NCBI GenBank assembly: GCA_963841385.1
Contig: CAWJCO010000002.1
Location: forward strand, 361,172 to 425,171
Length of the DNA stretch: 64,000 nt
Source of the DNA: an uncultured Chloroflexia bacterium
GTDB lineage: Bacteria; Chloroflexota; Dormibacteria; Aeolococcales; Aeolococcaceae
Reading direction: 5' to 3'
Shown one piece after another: positions 22,629-32,144 of the stretch (positions are counted from its first letter, which is position 1; the number at the start of each line of letters is the position of its first letter). The notes beneath the pieces were generated by a model. That model was not told the DNA's origin. It saw only the letters and a list, made by a program, of their open reading frames with translations, and searched no databases. Position numbers and translations under genes: made by a program.

Positions 22629-23549
22629 ATGACCGCGCCGGCGCGGACTCTCCGCGTTGCCGTCGCCCAGTACCCGCCGCGCATCGGCGACCCGGAGGGC
22701 AACCGGACGGCGGCCGTCGCATGGGTGGAGGCGGCCGCGGCCGAGGGCGCCCAGCTCGTCGTCCTCCCCGAGCTCGCCTCCTCCGGGTATGTCTTCAGCG
22801 GCGAGGAGGAGGCCGCCGCGCTCGCCGAGGACGCCGACTCGGGAGGGACCGTTGCCGCCCTGGTCGAGGTCTGCCGCCGCCGCGACCTGCACGTGGTGGC
22901 CGGGTTGGCCGAGCAGGGCGACGGCTGCCGCCACAACAGCGCCGTGGTCCTCGGGCCCGCGGGCCGGCTGGCCACCTACCGCAAGCTCCACCTCTTCTAC
23001 GACGAGCAGTCCTGGTTCCAGCCGGGGCAGGAGGTCGTGGTCGTCGACCTCCCCACGGCCCGGGTCGGGGTCGCCATCTGCTACGACCTCTGGTTCCCCG
23101 AGCTCGCCCGCGCCCTCGCCCTCCGCGGGGCCGAGGTGATCGCCGTCCCGACCAATTGGGTCGCCTCCTTCCGGCGGCGCCACCACGACGAGCACGGGTA
23201 CTGCCAGGGCGACATCATGGCCATGGCCGCGGCGGCCGCCAACGGGACCCCGGTCGCCTGCGCCGACCGGGTGGGGGAGGAGCGGGGGGTGACCTTCCTC
23301 GGGGCGTCGATCATCGTGGGGCCCGACGGCTGGCCGCTGGCCGGCCCGGCCAGCCCCGATGGCGAGCAGCTGCTGGTCGCCGACCTCGACCTGGACGCGG
23401 TGGAGCGCGCCCGCTGGCGCACCCCGCGCAACCACCTCCTCCGCGACCGCCGGCCCGACCTCTACGCGAGCGCGCCGCCGCCCGAGGTCCGGGGCCGCGC
23501 CTCGGCCGCGCCCGGCGACAGCCCGCGAGCCGGCGGCACGCCCGGGTGA
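22629..23549 (+). CDS. Carbon-nitrogen hydrolase (nitrilase superfamily)
   Basis: Catalytic triad contexts LPEL, YRKLHLF, ICYDLWFPE; C-terminal DRRPDLY. Confidence 0.92.
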   Translation: MTAPARTLRVAVAQYPPRIGDPEGNRTAAVAWVEAAAAEGAQLVVLPELASSGYVFSGEEEAAALAEDADSGGTVAALVEVCRRRDLHVVAGLAEQGDGCRHNSAVVLGPAGRLATYRKLHLFYDEQSWFQPGQEVVVVDLPTARVGVAICYDLWFPELARALALRGAEVIAVPTNWVASFRRRHHDEHGYCQGDIMAMAAAAANGTPVACADRVGEERGVTFLGASIIVGPDGWPLAGPASPDGEQLLVADLDLDAVERARWRTPRNHLLRDRRPDLYASAPPPEVRGRASAAPGDSPRAGGTPG

Positions 23550-23737
23550 CAACGGGAGACCGCGCTCCCCCCATCCCCTCTGTGGCCGTGCCGGTCCTGT
23601 GTGCCCGTGCCCTTTCACCCCCTCCTCACCGTGGGGGAACATGATATAGTCACTATAAGGTGATGTGATAGTTAGCTTATTGGGTCAGGGGAGCCGGTGT
23701 TCCGCTCCCGCCCGTGGCATCACCCGGGAGGTCGCGC

Positions 23738-23893
23738 ATGCTCGCTCTGCTCCTCTTCCTCCTGCTGGTGCTCGTCCTCTTCGGGGTGGGCACGGCAGCT
23801 CACCTGCTCTGGTGGATCGCGATCATCCTGCTGGTGGTCTGGGCGGTCGGGTTCCTGGCGCGTCCACGCGGGGGCCGCTGGTACTACTGGTGA
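23738..23893 (+). CDS. Small two-TM hydrophobic protein (51 aa)
   Basis: GGGAGG RBS; MLALLLFLLLVLVLFGVGTAAHLLWWIAIILLVVWAVGFLARPRGGRWYYW. Below the ORF-track cutoff. Resembles actinobacterial small 'hydrophobic proteins'. Confidence 0.75.
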   Translation: MLALLLFLLLVLVLFGVGTAAHLLWWIAIILLVVWAVGFLARPRGGRWYYW

Positions 23894-24018
23894 TCAGCGC
23901 CTGATTCAATCCGTCCCCAGGGCCGGGGCATTCCCTCAGGCCCGCCGGTATGGGCTGACACCCCGTCTGCCCCGCCGGCGACGGCCGGATACCATGGTCG
24001 ATCTGGTACATTGGTACC

Positions 24019-24279
24019 ATGATCACAGTCGAGCGGGTACAGACGGGCGTCCGGATGGAGCGCCGGATGGTCAAGGTCCTCAAGGGCCTGGCCGAGTATC
24101 TCGACATCTCTCTGGGGGACCTGCTCGAGGGCATCGTGCTCCACGCCTTCGAGCAGAAGGTCCCCTTCAGCGATGCAACCCTGGTGGTCGTCGGCCGGCT
24201 CAAGGAGGTGTACGGGCTGGACCTCACGGCCGCCGACAGCCACCAGCTCACCAGCCTCGACGACGGAGGTGTGAGATGA
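24019..24279 (+). CDS. Putative ribbon-helix-helix DNA-binding protein
   Basis: RVQTGVRMERRMVKVLKGLAEYLDISLGDLLEGIVLHAF has a beta-strand plus two helices pattern. ATGA overlap with the next gene. Confidence 0.7.
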   Translation: MITVERVQTGVRMERRMVKVLKGLAEYLDISLGDLLEGIVLHAFEQKVPFSDATLVVVGRLKEVYGLDLTAADSHQLTSLDDGGVR

Positions 24280-24737
24280 CCAATTGCGCGCACGTGCAGG
24301 TGACCGGCAGCTTCCCGGTGGCCCTGCCCCCGGATGAGGCCTTCCCCCTCTTCACCGCCCGCGTCGAAGGGTCGTGGGTGGATGGTTGGGACCCGCAGTT
24401 CCCCAGCCCGACGGCGGACGACACCGAGCCGGGGACGGTCTTCACGACGGCCCATGGGCCGCACGGGACCACCTGGATGGTGGTGCGCCGCGAGGGCCGC
24501 CGGCTGATCGCGTACAGCGCGACGAGCCCCGGCGATCGTGCGTCGCTGATCACCATTGCGCTCGAGCCGTCCGGGGCGGGCACCGCAGTCACGGTGACCC
24601 ACGACGTCACGGCGCTCGCCCCCACGGAGAATGCCGGGGTCCAGGCGCTCGCTGACGGCTACGCCGAGTACCTGGATGGCTGGCGGGACCGCATCGTCCG
24701 CCGCGGGGTCCCGGCCCTGCTGGCCGGACGCTCCTGA
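24276..24737 (+). CDS. SRPBCC/START-like domain protein
   Basis: GGAGG RBS; PPDEAFPLFT...W..GWDP, PGTVFTT, C-terminal helix Y..YL..W. Confidence 0.7.
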   Translation: MTNCAHVQVTGSFPVALPPDEAFPLFTARVEGSWVDGWDPQFPSPTADDTEPGTVFTTAHGPHGTTWMVVRREGRRLIAYSATSPGDRASLITIALEPSGAGTAVTVTHDVTALAPTENAGVQALADGYAEYLDGWRDRIVRRGVPALLAGRS

Positions 24738-24854
24738 CCGTCCTCGCCGACCCAGGGGCCTCCGACGGAGGCAGATAATCGGCGCATGGGATCCGATCGT
24801 TCCGGGTGGGGCAGAGCCGGCGAGCAGCCCAGCCGGGGGCTGGGCACGGCGGCG

Positions 24855-25769
24855 GTGCTCCGCCACACGCTCCTCTGGGCATCCCGGCGACGCGGCGTGC
24901 AGCAGGTGGTCTCCCGTTCCCCGCTGACCCGCCGGCTGGTCCGCCGCTTCGTGGCCGGCGAGGGCCTGGGTGGCGCGGTCAGCGTGGTCCGGACACTGAC
25001 GGGAGATGGTCTCGCGGTCACCATCGACCATCTGGGGGAGGACACCCAGGACGCTGCGGACGCGCGGGCGGCCGTTGCCGTCTACCGCGCGCTGATCGAG
25101 CGGCTGGCCGCCGAGGATTTGACACCGCGGGCCGAGGTGTCGCTCAAGCTCTCCGCGCTCGGCCAGGGCGTGGACGCGGAGCTGGCCTTCGAGAATGCCC
25201 TCGAGGTCTGCCGGGCTGCGGCGGCGGCGAGGATCGCGGTGACCCTCGACATGGAGGACCACGCCACCACCGATTCGACGCTCGAGATCGGCCGCCGGCT
25301 GCGGGTGGAGCATCCCTCGACCGGCCTGGTGATCCAGGCATCGCTGCGCCGCTCCGAGGACGACTGCCGCGCCCTCGCCCATCCTGGCTCGCGCGTCCGG
25401 CTCTGCAAGGGCGCCTACCAGGAGCCGGTGGCGCTGGCCTGGCAGGGCCGCAACGAGATCCGCGTCGCGTACCTCCGCTGCCTGCGGATCCTGCTCGAGG
25501 GCGGCGCCACGCCCCTCATCGCCACCCACGACCCGGCCCTGATCGATGCCTGCCACCGGCTCATCGCCGCACGCGGCGACGGCATCGCGCACGAGCACCA
25601 GATGCTGTTCGGGGTACGCGGCGACGAGCAGGTCCGGCTGGTCGCCGCCGGGGAGGAGGTCCGCATCTACGTGCCCTTCGGTGAGCGGTGGTATCCGTAC
25701 CTGATGCGCCGGATGGCCGAGCGGCCGGCCAACCTGGCCCTGGTGCTGCGCGCGCTGGCGAGCGGCTGA
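24855..25769 (+). CDS. Monofunctional proline dehydrogenase
   Basis: RRFVAGE, DHLGE, SLKLSALG, LDMED, RLCKGAY.E, ATHD, QMLFG, YVPFG..WYPYLMRRMAERPAN. Start is uncertain (24786 or 24855). Confidence 0.93.
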   Translation: MLRHTLLWASRRRGVQQVVSRSPLTRRLVRRFVAGEGLGGAVSVVRTLTGDGLAVTIDHLGEDTQDAADARAAVAVYRALIERLAAEDLTPRAEVSLKLSALGQGVDAELAFENALEVCRAAAAARIAVTLDMEDHATTDSTLEIGRRLRVEHPSTGLVIQASLRRSEDDCRALAHPGSRVRLCKGAYQEPVALAWQGRNEIRVAYLRCLRILLEGGATPLIATHDPALIDACHRLIAARGDGIAHEHQMLFGVRGDEQVRLVAAGEEVRIYVPFGERWYPYLMRRMAERPANLALVLRALASG

Positions 25770-25801
25770 TCGCCGGCCGCCGGGCGGCATAATCCCGAGG
25801 G

Positions 25802-26473
25802 ATGAGCACGAGGGAGGGCGCGATCCGGGTCTCGTTGGAGACGGGGTCCCGGCTCTCCTTCGCCTCGGCGCTGGACTGGCCGGGCTGGTCCCGTTCCGGG
25901 CGCGGCGACGAGGCGGCCGTGGAGACGCTCCGCGCCTACGCGCCGCGCTACGCGCCCGTGGCGGCCGATGCCGGCCTGGAACCACCCGACCCGGCGAGGG
26001 TCGAGATCGTGGAGCGGCTCGCCGGCTCGGGAACGACCGACTTCGGGGCTCCCGGCACCGCCGGGCAGCTGGACCGCGAGCCGCTCACCGAGCCCGAGGC
26101 AGCGCGGCTGGTCCGCATCCTCAAGGCCGGCTGGGCATTCTTCGACAGGGTGGTCGCCGGCGCTCCGTCCATCCTCCGCAAGGGGCCCCGCGGCGGGGGG
26201 CGGGACCGCGACGTGATCGTCGATCACGTCGTCGGCGCCGAGGTGGAGGCGTACGCGCGGAAGCTGGGCATCCGGCTCCCCCGGCCGGCCTGGGATGACC
26301 TGGGCGCCCGGGCCAGGGAGCGCGAGGCCATCGCGGCCGCTCTGCGAGCGGCGGGCGGTGCTCAGCCTTCGGAGCCGGTCGCGGCGAGGGGCTGGGCCCC
26401 GCGCTACGCGGCCCGGCGGATCGGCTGGCACGTGCTCGACCACGCCTGGGAGATCGAGGACCGGAGCGTCTGA
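25802..26473 (+). CDS. Conserved hypothetical protein (DinB-like C-terminus)
   Basis: FASALDWPGW.RSG, LRKGPRGGGRDRD.I..HV, RRIGWHVLDHAWEIED. Typical high-GC codon usage. Confidence 0.75.
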   Translation: MSTREGAIRVSLETGSRLSFASALDWPGWSRSGRGDEAAVETLRAYAPRYAPVAADAGLEPPDPARVEIVERLAGSGTTDFGAPGTAGQLDREPLTEPEAARLVRILKAGWAFFDRVVAGAPSILRKGPRGGGRDRDVIVDHVVGAEVEAYARKLGIRLPRPAWDDLGARAREREAIAAALRAAGGAQPSEPVAARGWAPRYAARRIGWHVLDHAWEIEDRSV

Positions 26474-26544
26474 GGGGCCCGTTCCGCAGGGTGGCCCACG
26501 GCTCGACACCGGTTGAGCGGGCTCGCGAGCAGCCGACGGCCCGA

Positions 26545-26656
26545 GGTGCCGCGAAACTGCGCGGGCACGGGGGGCGCCGGTGGTGCCGGGAAACTGCGCG
26601 AGCAGGGAGGGAGCCGGCGGTGCCGTTAACCAGTTAAGGACATCTTCGTCCTTAAC
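26545..26656. repeat. 37-bp imperfect tandem repeat (x2) followed by a 9-bp palindrome
   Basis: Units 26545-26581 and 26582-26618 (GGTGCCG.GAAACTGCGCG.GCA.GG.GGG.GCCGG.), a partial third unit, then GTTAAGGAC-ATCTTC-GTCCTTAAC (26633-26656). Confidence 0.7.
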
Positions 26657-26764
26657 CACCCTGGAGGGTGAGAGGTGCCGGATGGAAGTCGCCCCGATCG
26701 GGCAACCGGGTGGCCGAGCACTGAGCACGGCGTCATCCGCGCCGGCCGGCCCCTGAGCGCGGCG

Positions 26765-27046
26765 TCACCGCGCCGTGAGGCTTCCCTTCGACACGTAGTC
26801 GAAGAAGCGCTCGGTGGTCCCTTCCGCCGTCCAGGCGGCGCGCAGCCGGGTCCGCCGCTCCTCCCGTCGCAGCGCCGAGAGCAGGTCGCGGTTGAGCTCG
26901 CGGGCGCTTTCGCCAGTGAGCTCAATCTCGATGTGGAAGCCGTCTTGCGTCGCCGTGACCCCGGTGGGGAGCAGTCGGTCCATCACCGGGCGAATGCGCT
27001 CGGGGTCGTCGCTGCTCACGTCGGCGACGAGGCGGAAGATCGGCAT
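26765..27046 (-). CDS. Hypothetical protein
   Basis: MPIFRLVADVSSDDP...GESARELNRDLLSALRREERRTRLRAAWT....ERFFDYV; protein-like C-terminal part of ORF 26765-27490. Confidence 0.65.
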   Translation of the reverse strand: MPIFRLVADVSSDDPERIRPVMDRLLPTGVTATQDGFHIEIELTGESARELNRDLLSALRREERRTRLRAAWTAEGTTERFFDYVSKGSLTAR

Positions 27047-27155
27047 CACGGCGGAGGGTACACGCTTGCGACGAGGCGGGTGGAGGTAAGGGGGAATGGC
27101 CGCCAGGAGGGCGTGGCCGTCAGGTCGGCCGTGGCCGCCAGGGGTTCCGGCTGTC

Positions 27156-27578
27156 TTAGAAGGGCCCCGTGGTCGCGAACCCGACGACGAGCAGCACCGC
27201 TGCGGTGACGTTCCCGGCCAGGAGCGCCCGCCACGATCGATTCGGCACCCGGCCCAGCGCGTAGATGGAGAGCAGACCGAGTGCGACCAGTGGAAGGCCG
27301 ATCGAGAACGCGCCCAGGATGCCGAGCACCAGCCCGCCGACGGTGGTGAACCCGTATGCGAAGGAGCGGACTCCGGGTGGCGCGACCAACAGGCCGGCCA
27401 GGCCCAGGCCGCCGAGGGCGGCGATGAACGAGGCCACGAAGAAGACGCGGCTGTCGGCCGGCCCGCCTTGCTCGTACAGGGCGACCGCATAGGCGGCCTC
27501 GTCGGCCACCGCGATGACCACGACGAAGAGGCCTGACAGCGTGCTCGGCCTCGTCCGACGCGGGGAGACGGCGGACAT
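27156..27578 (-). CDS. Hypothetical membrane protein
   Basis: Four to five hydrophobic segments; LGILGAFSIGLPL. Confidence 0.65.
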   Translation of the reverse strand: MSAVSPRRTRPSTLSGLFVVVIAVADEAAYAVALYEQGGPADSRVFFVASFIAALGGLGLAGLLVAPPGVRSFAYGFTTVGGLVLGILGAFSIGLPLVALGLLSIYALGRVPNRSWRALLAGNVTAAVLLVVGFATTGPF

Positions 27579-27611
27579 CCTCACCAGGTTACGCGGACCA
27601 TCGTCCTCCGG

Positions 27612-27824
27612 CTACGGCGCGGCCTCACCCGCCTCCCGGGGCGGCCGGCCCCGGCGGGGCAGGGGGCCCGCGCCGGACGGCAGCCGCCCGGCCGCCTCCA
27701 GCCCCCGCCGGAGAATGAACTCGATCTGTGCATTGCTGCTGCGCAGCTCGTCGGCGGCCCACCGCGCCATGGCGTCGTGGACGGCCGGGTCGAGCCTCAG
27801 CAGGATGCTCTTGCGTTCGGCCAC
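27612..27824 (-). CDS. Arc-like RHH DNA-binding protein, SPFH-associated
   Basis: [39 protein letters not shown], the small protein typically encoded downstream of SPFH genes. Confidence 0.85.
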   Translation of the reverse strand: MAERKSILLRLDPAVHDAMARWAADELRSSNAQIEFILRRGLEAAGRLPSGAGPLPRRGRPPREAGEAAP

Positions 27825-27858
27825 CGGGTCAGAACCCCACCATCCCCTGGCGTCGAGA

Positions 27859-28803
27859 TCACTGGTACAGGGTGCCCGCGTTGACGATGGGCTGGGTGTT
27901 CTGCTCGCTGCAGAGGACCACCAGCAGGTTAGAGACCATCGCCGCCTTGCGCTCCTGGTCCAGCTCCACGATCTCGCGCTCCTCGAGCTTGGCGAGCGCC
28001 AGCTCCACCATGCCCACGGCGCCTTCCACGATCGTCTTGCGGGCGGCGACCACGGCGCTCGCCTGCTGCCGGCGCAGCATCGCCTGGGCGATCTCGGGGG
28101 CGAAGGAGAGGCGGGTGAGCCGCGATTCAATGATCCTCACCCCCGCGGGGGCCACTCTCTCGGCGATCTCCGCGGTGAGCTGTGTGGTGATCTCGGTCGC
28201 GTTCTGGCGCAGCGAGAGCTGGCCGTCCTGGTGGGCGTCGTAAGGGTGGGTGCTGGCCACATGCCGGACCGCTGTCTCGGTCTGGATGTCGACGAACCTG
28301 GCGAAGTCGTCGACGTCGTAGAGGGCCTGGGCGGTGTCCTCCACCTGCCAGACGACCACCGCGGCGATCTCGATTGGGTTGCCGTCGGCATCGTTGACCT
28401 TGGCCACCTGGGTCTCGTAGTTGCGGATCCGGGTGGAGACCTTGCGCCGCTCGGTGAAGGGGTTCACCCAGATCAGCCCTGGCTTCCGGACGGTGCCGAC
28501 GTAGCGGCCGAACAGCTGCACCACCCGGGCCTCCCCCGGGACCACCTGGGTGAGCCCGTGGAAGGCGACCGCGTCGCAGATGATGACGAGCACCCCGACG
28601 CCGATCAGGATGCCGACGGCCGGCTCGCCTCCGCCGGGCCGGTTGGCGAACAGCCCGCAGAAGACGAACAGGCCGGCACACAGAAGCGCCACCACGCTGA
28701 TCAGGGTGAGCGCGCGCATGCCGCGAGCGGCTGTCTTGGCGCGCTCTTTCATGGCCGCCCGTGCGGCCTGCAGGCCCTCGGTGCGGGTGGGGTCGGTGGT
28801 CAC
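27859..28803 (-). CDS. SPFH/Band 7 domain membrane protein
   Basis: GGAGGAAGG RBS; [59 protein letters not shown]. Confidence 0.92.
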   Translation of the reverse strand: MTTDPTRTEGLQAARAAMKERAKTAARGMRALTLISVVALLCAGLFVFCGLFANRPGGGEPAVGILIGVGVLVIICDAVAFHGLTQVVPGEARVVQLFGRYVGTVRKPGLIWVNPFTERRKVSTRIRNYETQVAKVNDADGNPIEIAAVVVWQVEDTAQALYDVDDFARFVDIQTETAVRHVASTHPYDAHQDGQLSLRQNATEITTQLTAEIAERVAPAGVRIIESRLTRLSFAPEIAQAMLRRQQASAVVAARKTIVEGAVGMVELALAKLEEREIVELDQERKAAMVSNLLVVLCSEQNTQPIVNAGTLYQ

Positions 28804-28844
28804 GGTCCTTCCTCCGAAAATGGCCGCCCGCGCGGCCTGGATTG

Positions 28845-28865
28845 ATGCTAGCATACTGATATCAG
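28845..28865. promoter_or_regulatory. Tandem palindromic operator in the divergent SPFH/ABC promoter
   Basis: ATGCTAGCAT (28845-28854) and CTGATATCAG (28856-28865) are both perfect 10-bp palindromes. Confidence 0.55.
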
Positions 28866-28886
28866 ATTTACCAGGAGGAGCTGAAC

Positions 28887-29840
28887 GTGGCCGAGCCGGT
28901 GCTGGAGATCGACCGGTTGTCGAAGCGCTACGGGAGCGTCCTGGCCCTGGACGAGGTGAGCTTCGAGCTCGGGGCGGGCGAGCTGTTCGGCTTCGTCGGG
29001 CCCAATGGCGCCGGCAAGACGTCCACCATGCGCATCGTCCTCGGCGTGCTGGCCGCGGACAGCGGGGCGGTCCGCTGGCGGGGCCAGCCGATCAGCTTCG
29101 CCACGCGGCGACGGATCGGCTACATGCCCGAGGAGCGCGGGCTCTACCCGAGCATGGGGGTGACCGAGCAGCTCGTCTATCTCGCCGAGCTGCACGGCAT
29201 GCGGGCCCCCGCCGCCCACGCCGCGGCGGCCCACTGGCTGGAGCGGCTCGGCCTCGGCGATCGGGGTGGCGAGCAGCTCCAGAAGCTGAGCCAAGGGAAC
29301 CAGCAGCGGGTTCAGCTCGCCGCCGCGCTGCTCTACTCCCCCGACCTGCTGGTCCTCGACGAGCCCTTCTCCGGGCTCGACCCGGTGGCCGTGGACGTGA
29401 TGAGCGCGGTGCTCCGCGAGCAGGCGGACGCCGGGATCTCAGTCCTCTTCTCCAGCCATCAGCTCGACCTGGTCGAGCAGCTCTGTGACCGGGTTGGGAT
29501 CATCAGTGCCGGCCGGATGCTGGCGGTCGGCTCGGTGGCCGAGCTGCGCGCCGGATCGGCTCCCCGCTACTGGGTCGACGCGCCCGACGCCCCCGCCGGC
29601 TGGGTGGAGTGGGTGCCCGGAGCCACGCTGATCCGCCAGGAGGATTCGCGCGTGCTGGTCGAGCTGGCCGCGCCGGCGGGCGATCAGTCCCTGCTCCAGG
29701 TCGCGCTCACCACCGGGCCGGTCCACGAGTTCCGCCGGGACCTGCCATCACTCACCGATCTCTTCCGCAGCGTGGTGGCCGAGGAGCCCGGCCCGAGCGG
29801 CGCCACCGCCCAGCGCGACATCGAGGAGGCCGCATCATGA
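28887..29840 (+). CDS. ABC-2 type transporter ATP-binding protein
   Basis: GPNGAGKT, GYMPEERGLY, LSQGNQQR, LDEPFSGLDP, SSH. Confidence 0.93.
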   Translation: MAEPVLEIDRLSKRYGSVLALDEVSFELGAGELFGFVGPNGAGKTSTMRIVLGVLAADSGAVRWRGQPISFATRRRIGYMPEERGLYPSMGVTEQLVYLAELHGMRAPAAHAAAAHWLERLGLGDRGGEQLQKLSQGNQQRVQLAAALLYSPDLLVLDEPFSGLDPVAVDVMSAVLREQADAGISVLFSSHQLDLVEQLCDRVGIISAGRMLAVGSVAELRAGSAPRYWVDAPDAPAGWVEWVPGATLIRQEDSRVLVELAAPAGDQSLLQVALTTGPVHEFRRDLPSLTDLFRSVVAEEPGPSGATAQRDIEEAAS

Positions 29841-31093
29841 GCAACGCCGCCCCCGACAGTTCCGGGCTGAGCCCCCGGCGCGCTGTCTACCTGATCGCGC
29901 GGCGCGAGTTCGCCACCCGCATCCGCGGCAAGGTCTTCGTCATCGGAACGGTCGTCGCCGTCGCCCTGCTCGCCTTGTACGCCGTGCTGCAGCTGGCGGT
30001 CATCGACAGGATCAACACGACGACGACCTTCAAGGTCGGTTTCTCCGGCCCCGCCACGGCGCTTGCCCAGCCGCTCGAGGCGGCGTCCCCGTCGCTCGGG
30101 TTCAAGGTGCACGTGAGCGACATCGCAACCGAGGCGCGGGGCCGATCGGAGGTCCGCGCCGGCAGCCTGGACGCCCTCGTGGAGGGCACCCCCGGCGCTC
30201 CCCAGGTGGTGGTCAAGACCGGGATCGACCCCACCCTGCAGGCCGCGCTGGTCTCGCTGTCCAAACAGCATGTGCTCTCCACCGACCTGAGCGCGGCGGG
30301 GCTCAGCCCGGCGACCGTCGAGGGCCAGATCAACGCCGTCGCGCTGGGGGTCGACACCCTCCAACCGGCGACCGCCGCCCAGCTGCAGGGGCCGATCATC
30401 GGCTTCGTCATGGCCTTTGCCCTCTACATCTTCATCGGCATCTACGGGGGGGTGATCGGGCAGGGGGTGGTGGCCGAGAAGGCGAGCCGGGTGGTGGAGA
30501 TCCTGCTCTCCACGGTGAGGCCGGGGCAGCTCCTGCTCGGCAAGGTGATCGGGATCGGGTTGGTGGGGCTGCTCCAGCTCGGCATCATCGCCCTCTGCGG
30601 GCTGCTCTTCACTGTGCCCACCGGCGTGCTGGCCCTGCCCGGCGCGGCGATCGGGGCGGTCCTGATCGGGGTGATGTGGTTCGCGCTCGGATTCATCCTC
30701 TACGCGCTGATGCTCGCCGCCACCGCGTCACTGGTCTCCCGGGTCGAGGAGGTGAGCAGCGCGACCGTGCCCGTCACCATGCTGATGGTCGTCACCTGGC
30801 TGCTCGCCTACGTCGTGGCCATCCCGGCCATCGACGCGGTGACCGGGGGTGGCGCGGCGTCGCACGGGCTGGCCACGCTCACCACGGTGCTCTCGCTGAT
30901 CCCGCCGTTCACCCCGGTGCTGATGTCGATCCGCATGGCCGCCGGGGGGGTGCCGCTCTGGCAGGGGCTGCTCGCGCTGGTGCTGGTGCTCGCCAGCATC
31001 GGCGGGGTCACCTGGCTGGGCGCGCGCATCTACGCCAACTCCGTGCTCCGCTTCGGGGCCCGGATCAGGATCCTGGACGCGCTCCGGCGCTGA
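29837..31093 (+). CDS. ABC-2 type transporter permease (NatB/YhaP-like)
   Basis: ATGA overlap; IARREF, VVAEKASRVVEILLSTVRP..LLLGKV.G, IPPF.P. Confidence 0.9.
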   Translation: MSNAAPDSSGLSPRRAVYLIARREFATRIRGKVFVIGTVVAVALLALYAVLQLAVIDRINTTTTFKVGFSGPATALAQPLEAASPSLGFKVHVSDIATEARGRSEVRAGSLDALVEGTPGAPQVVVKTGIDPTLQAALVSLSKQHVLSTDLSAAGLSPATVEGQINAVALGVDTLQPATAAQLQGPIIGFVMAFALYIFIGIYGGVIGQGVVAEKASRVVEILLSTVRPGQLLLGKVIGIGLVGLLQLGIIALCGLLFTVPTGVLALPGAAIGAVLIGVMWFALGFILYALMLAATASLVSRVEEVSSATVPVTMLMVVTWLLAYVVAIPAIDAVTGGGAASHGLATLTTVLSLIPPFTPVLMSIRMAAGGVPLWQGLLALVLVLASIGGVTWLGARIYANSVLRFGARIRILDALRR

Positions 31094-31184
31094 GGCCCGA
31101 GGCCGTCCCGGCCGCGCCGCCCGTCTGCCCGCCGATGGCGAGCCGCCGCACCCCGCCAACCGCTCAGCGGATAATCGCCGCGCC

Positions 31185-32144
31185 GTGAGCACCGCCCCTG
31201 ACGAGTGGACCTTCCACGTCGACCACCTGGTGAAGCACTTCGGCACGGTGGCCGCCAACGACGGCATCACGCTGCAGGTAGAGCCCGGTGAGGTGTACGG
31301 GCTGCTCGGTCCCAACGGCGCGGGCAAGTCGACGCTCGTCAAGCAGACCATCGGCCTGCTCAAGCCGACCTCGGGGCGGATCACCCTCGGCCGCTGGGAC
31401 TTGGTCGAGAACCCCGACGCCGCCCGCCAGCTCTGCTCCTACCTGCCCCAGGCGCAGATGCCGATCAACTCCTTCCGCCTGCGCGAGGCCATCGAGCTGG
31501 CCGGCCGGATCCGCGGCGCCGAGATCGGCCGGGTCCGCCGCCGGACCGACGAGCTCATCGAGGCGCTCGAGCTCGGCGAGTGGAGCAGGACCCTGGGCGC
31601 CCGTCTCTCGGGTGGCGTCAAGCGGCTGGTGGGCTTCTGCATGGCGACCATCTCCCCCGGCCACCTGGTCATCCTCGACGAGCCGACCAATGACGTCGAC
31701 CCCCTGCGCCGCCGGCTGCTCTGGAACGAGATCCGGGCCCTCGGGGCGCACGGCTGCTCGGTGCTCCTGGTCACCCACAACGTCCTCGAGGCGGAGAAGG
31801 CCGTCGACCGGCTGGCTCTGATCGCGAGCGGCCGCCTCGTGGCGGAGGGAACGCCGTCCTCCCTCAAGGAGGCGGACCGGGCTCAGCTGCGCCTGCAGGT
31901 GATGCTGGTGCCGGGAGCGGAGACGCCCGCGCAGCCGGGGTGGGCGGGCCCGCCGGTCCGCGTCGGCAACAACCTGGTCACCACCATCGCCGAGAGCGAC
32001 GCGCCCTCCGGCATCACCTGGGCCGCCGGCCTCATCGACTCCGGTGTCGCCGAGGAGTACGCGCTCGGGGCCAGCACCCTCGAGGATGCCTACATCCGGC
32101 TGACCTCCGACATCCCGGTCGACGGTCTCCATGGCGACGAGTGA
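31185..32144 (+). CDS. ABC transporter ATP-binding protein
   Basis: GPNGAGKST, LSGGVKR, ILDEPTNDVDP, VTH. Confidence 0.93.
   Translation: MSTAPDEWTFHVDHLVKHFGTVAANDGITLQVEPGEVYGLLGPNGAGKSTLVKQTIGLLKPTSGRITLGRWDLVENPDAARQLCSYLPQAQMPINSFRLREAIELAGRIRGAEIGRVRRRTDELIEALELGEWSRTLGARLSGGVKRLVGFCMATISPGHLVILDEPTNDVDPLRRRLLWNEIRALGAHGCSVLLVTHNVLEAEKAVDRLALIASGRLVAEGTPSSLKEADRAQLRLQVMLVPGAETPAQPGWAGPPVRVGNNLVTTIAESDAPSGITWAAGLIDSGVAEEYALGASTLEDAYIRLTSDIPVDGLHGDE

Noticed and set aside
26545-26625. 37-bp repeats as a CRISPR array
   Set aside because: The units are directly adjacent with no spacers, there are only two copies and no cas genes. No CRISPR array was seen anywhere in the window.
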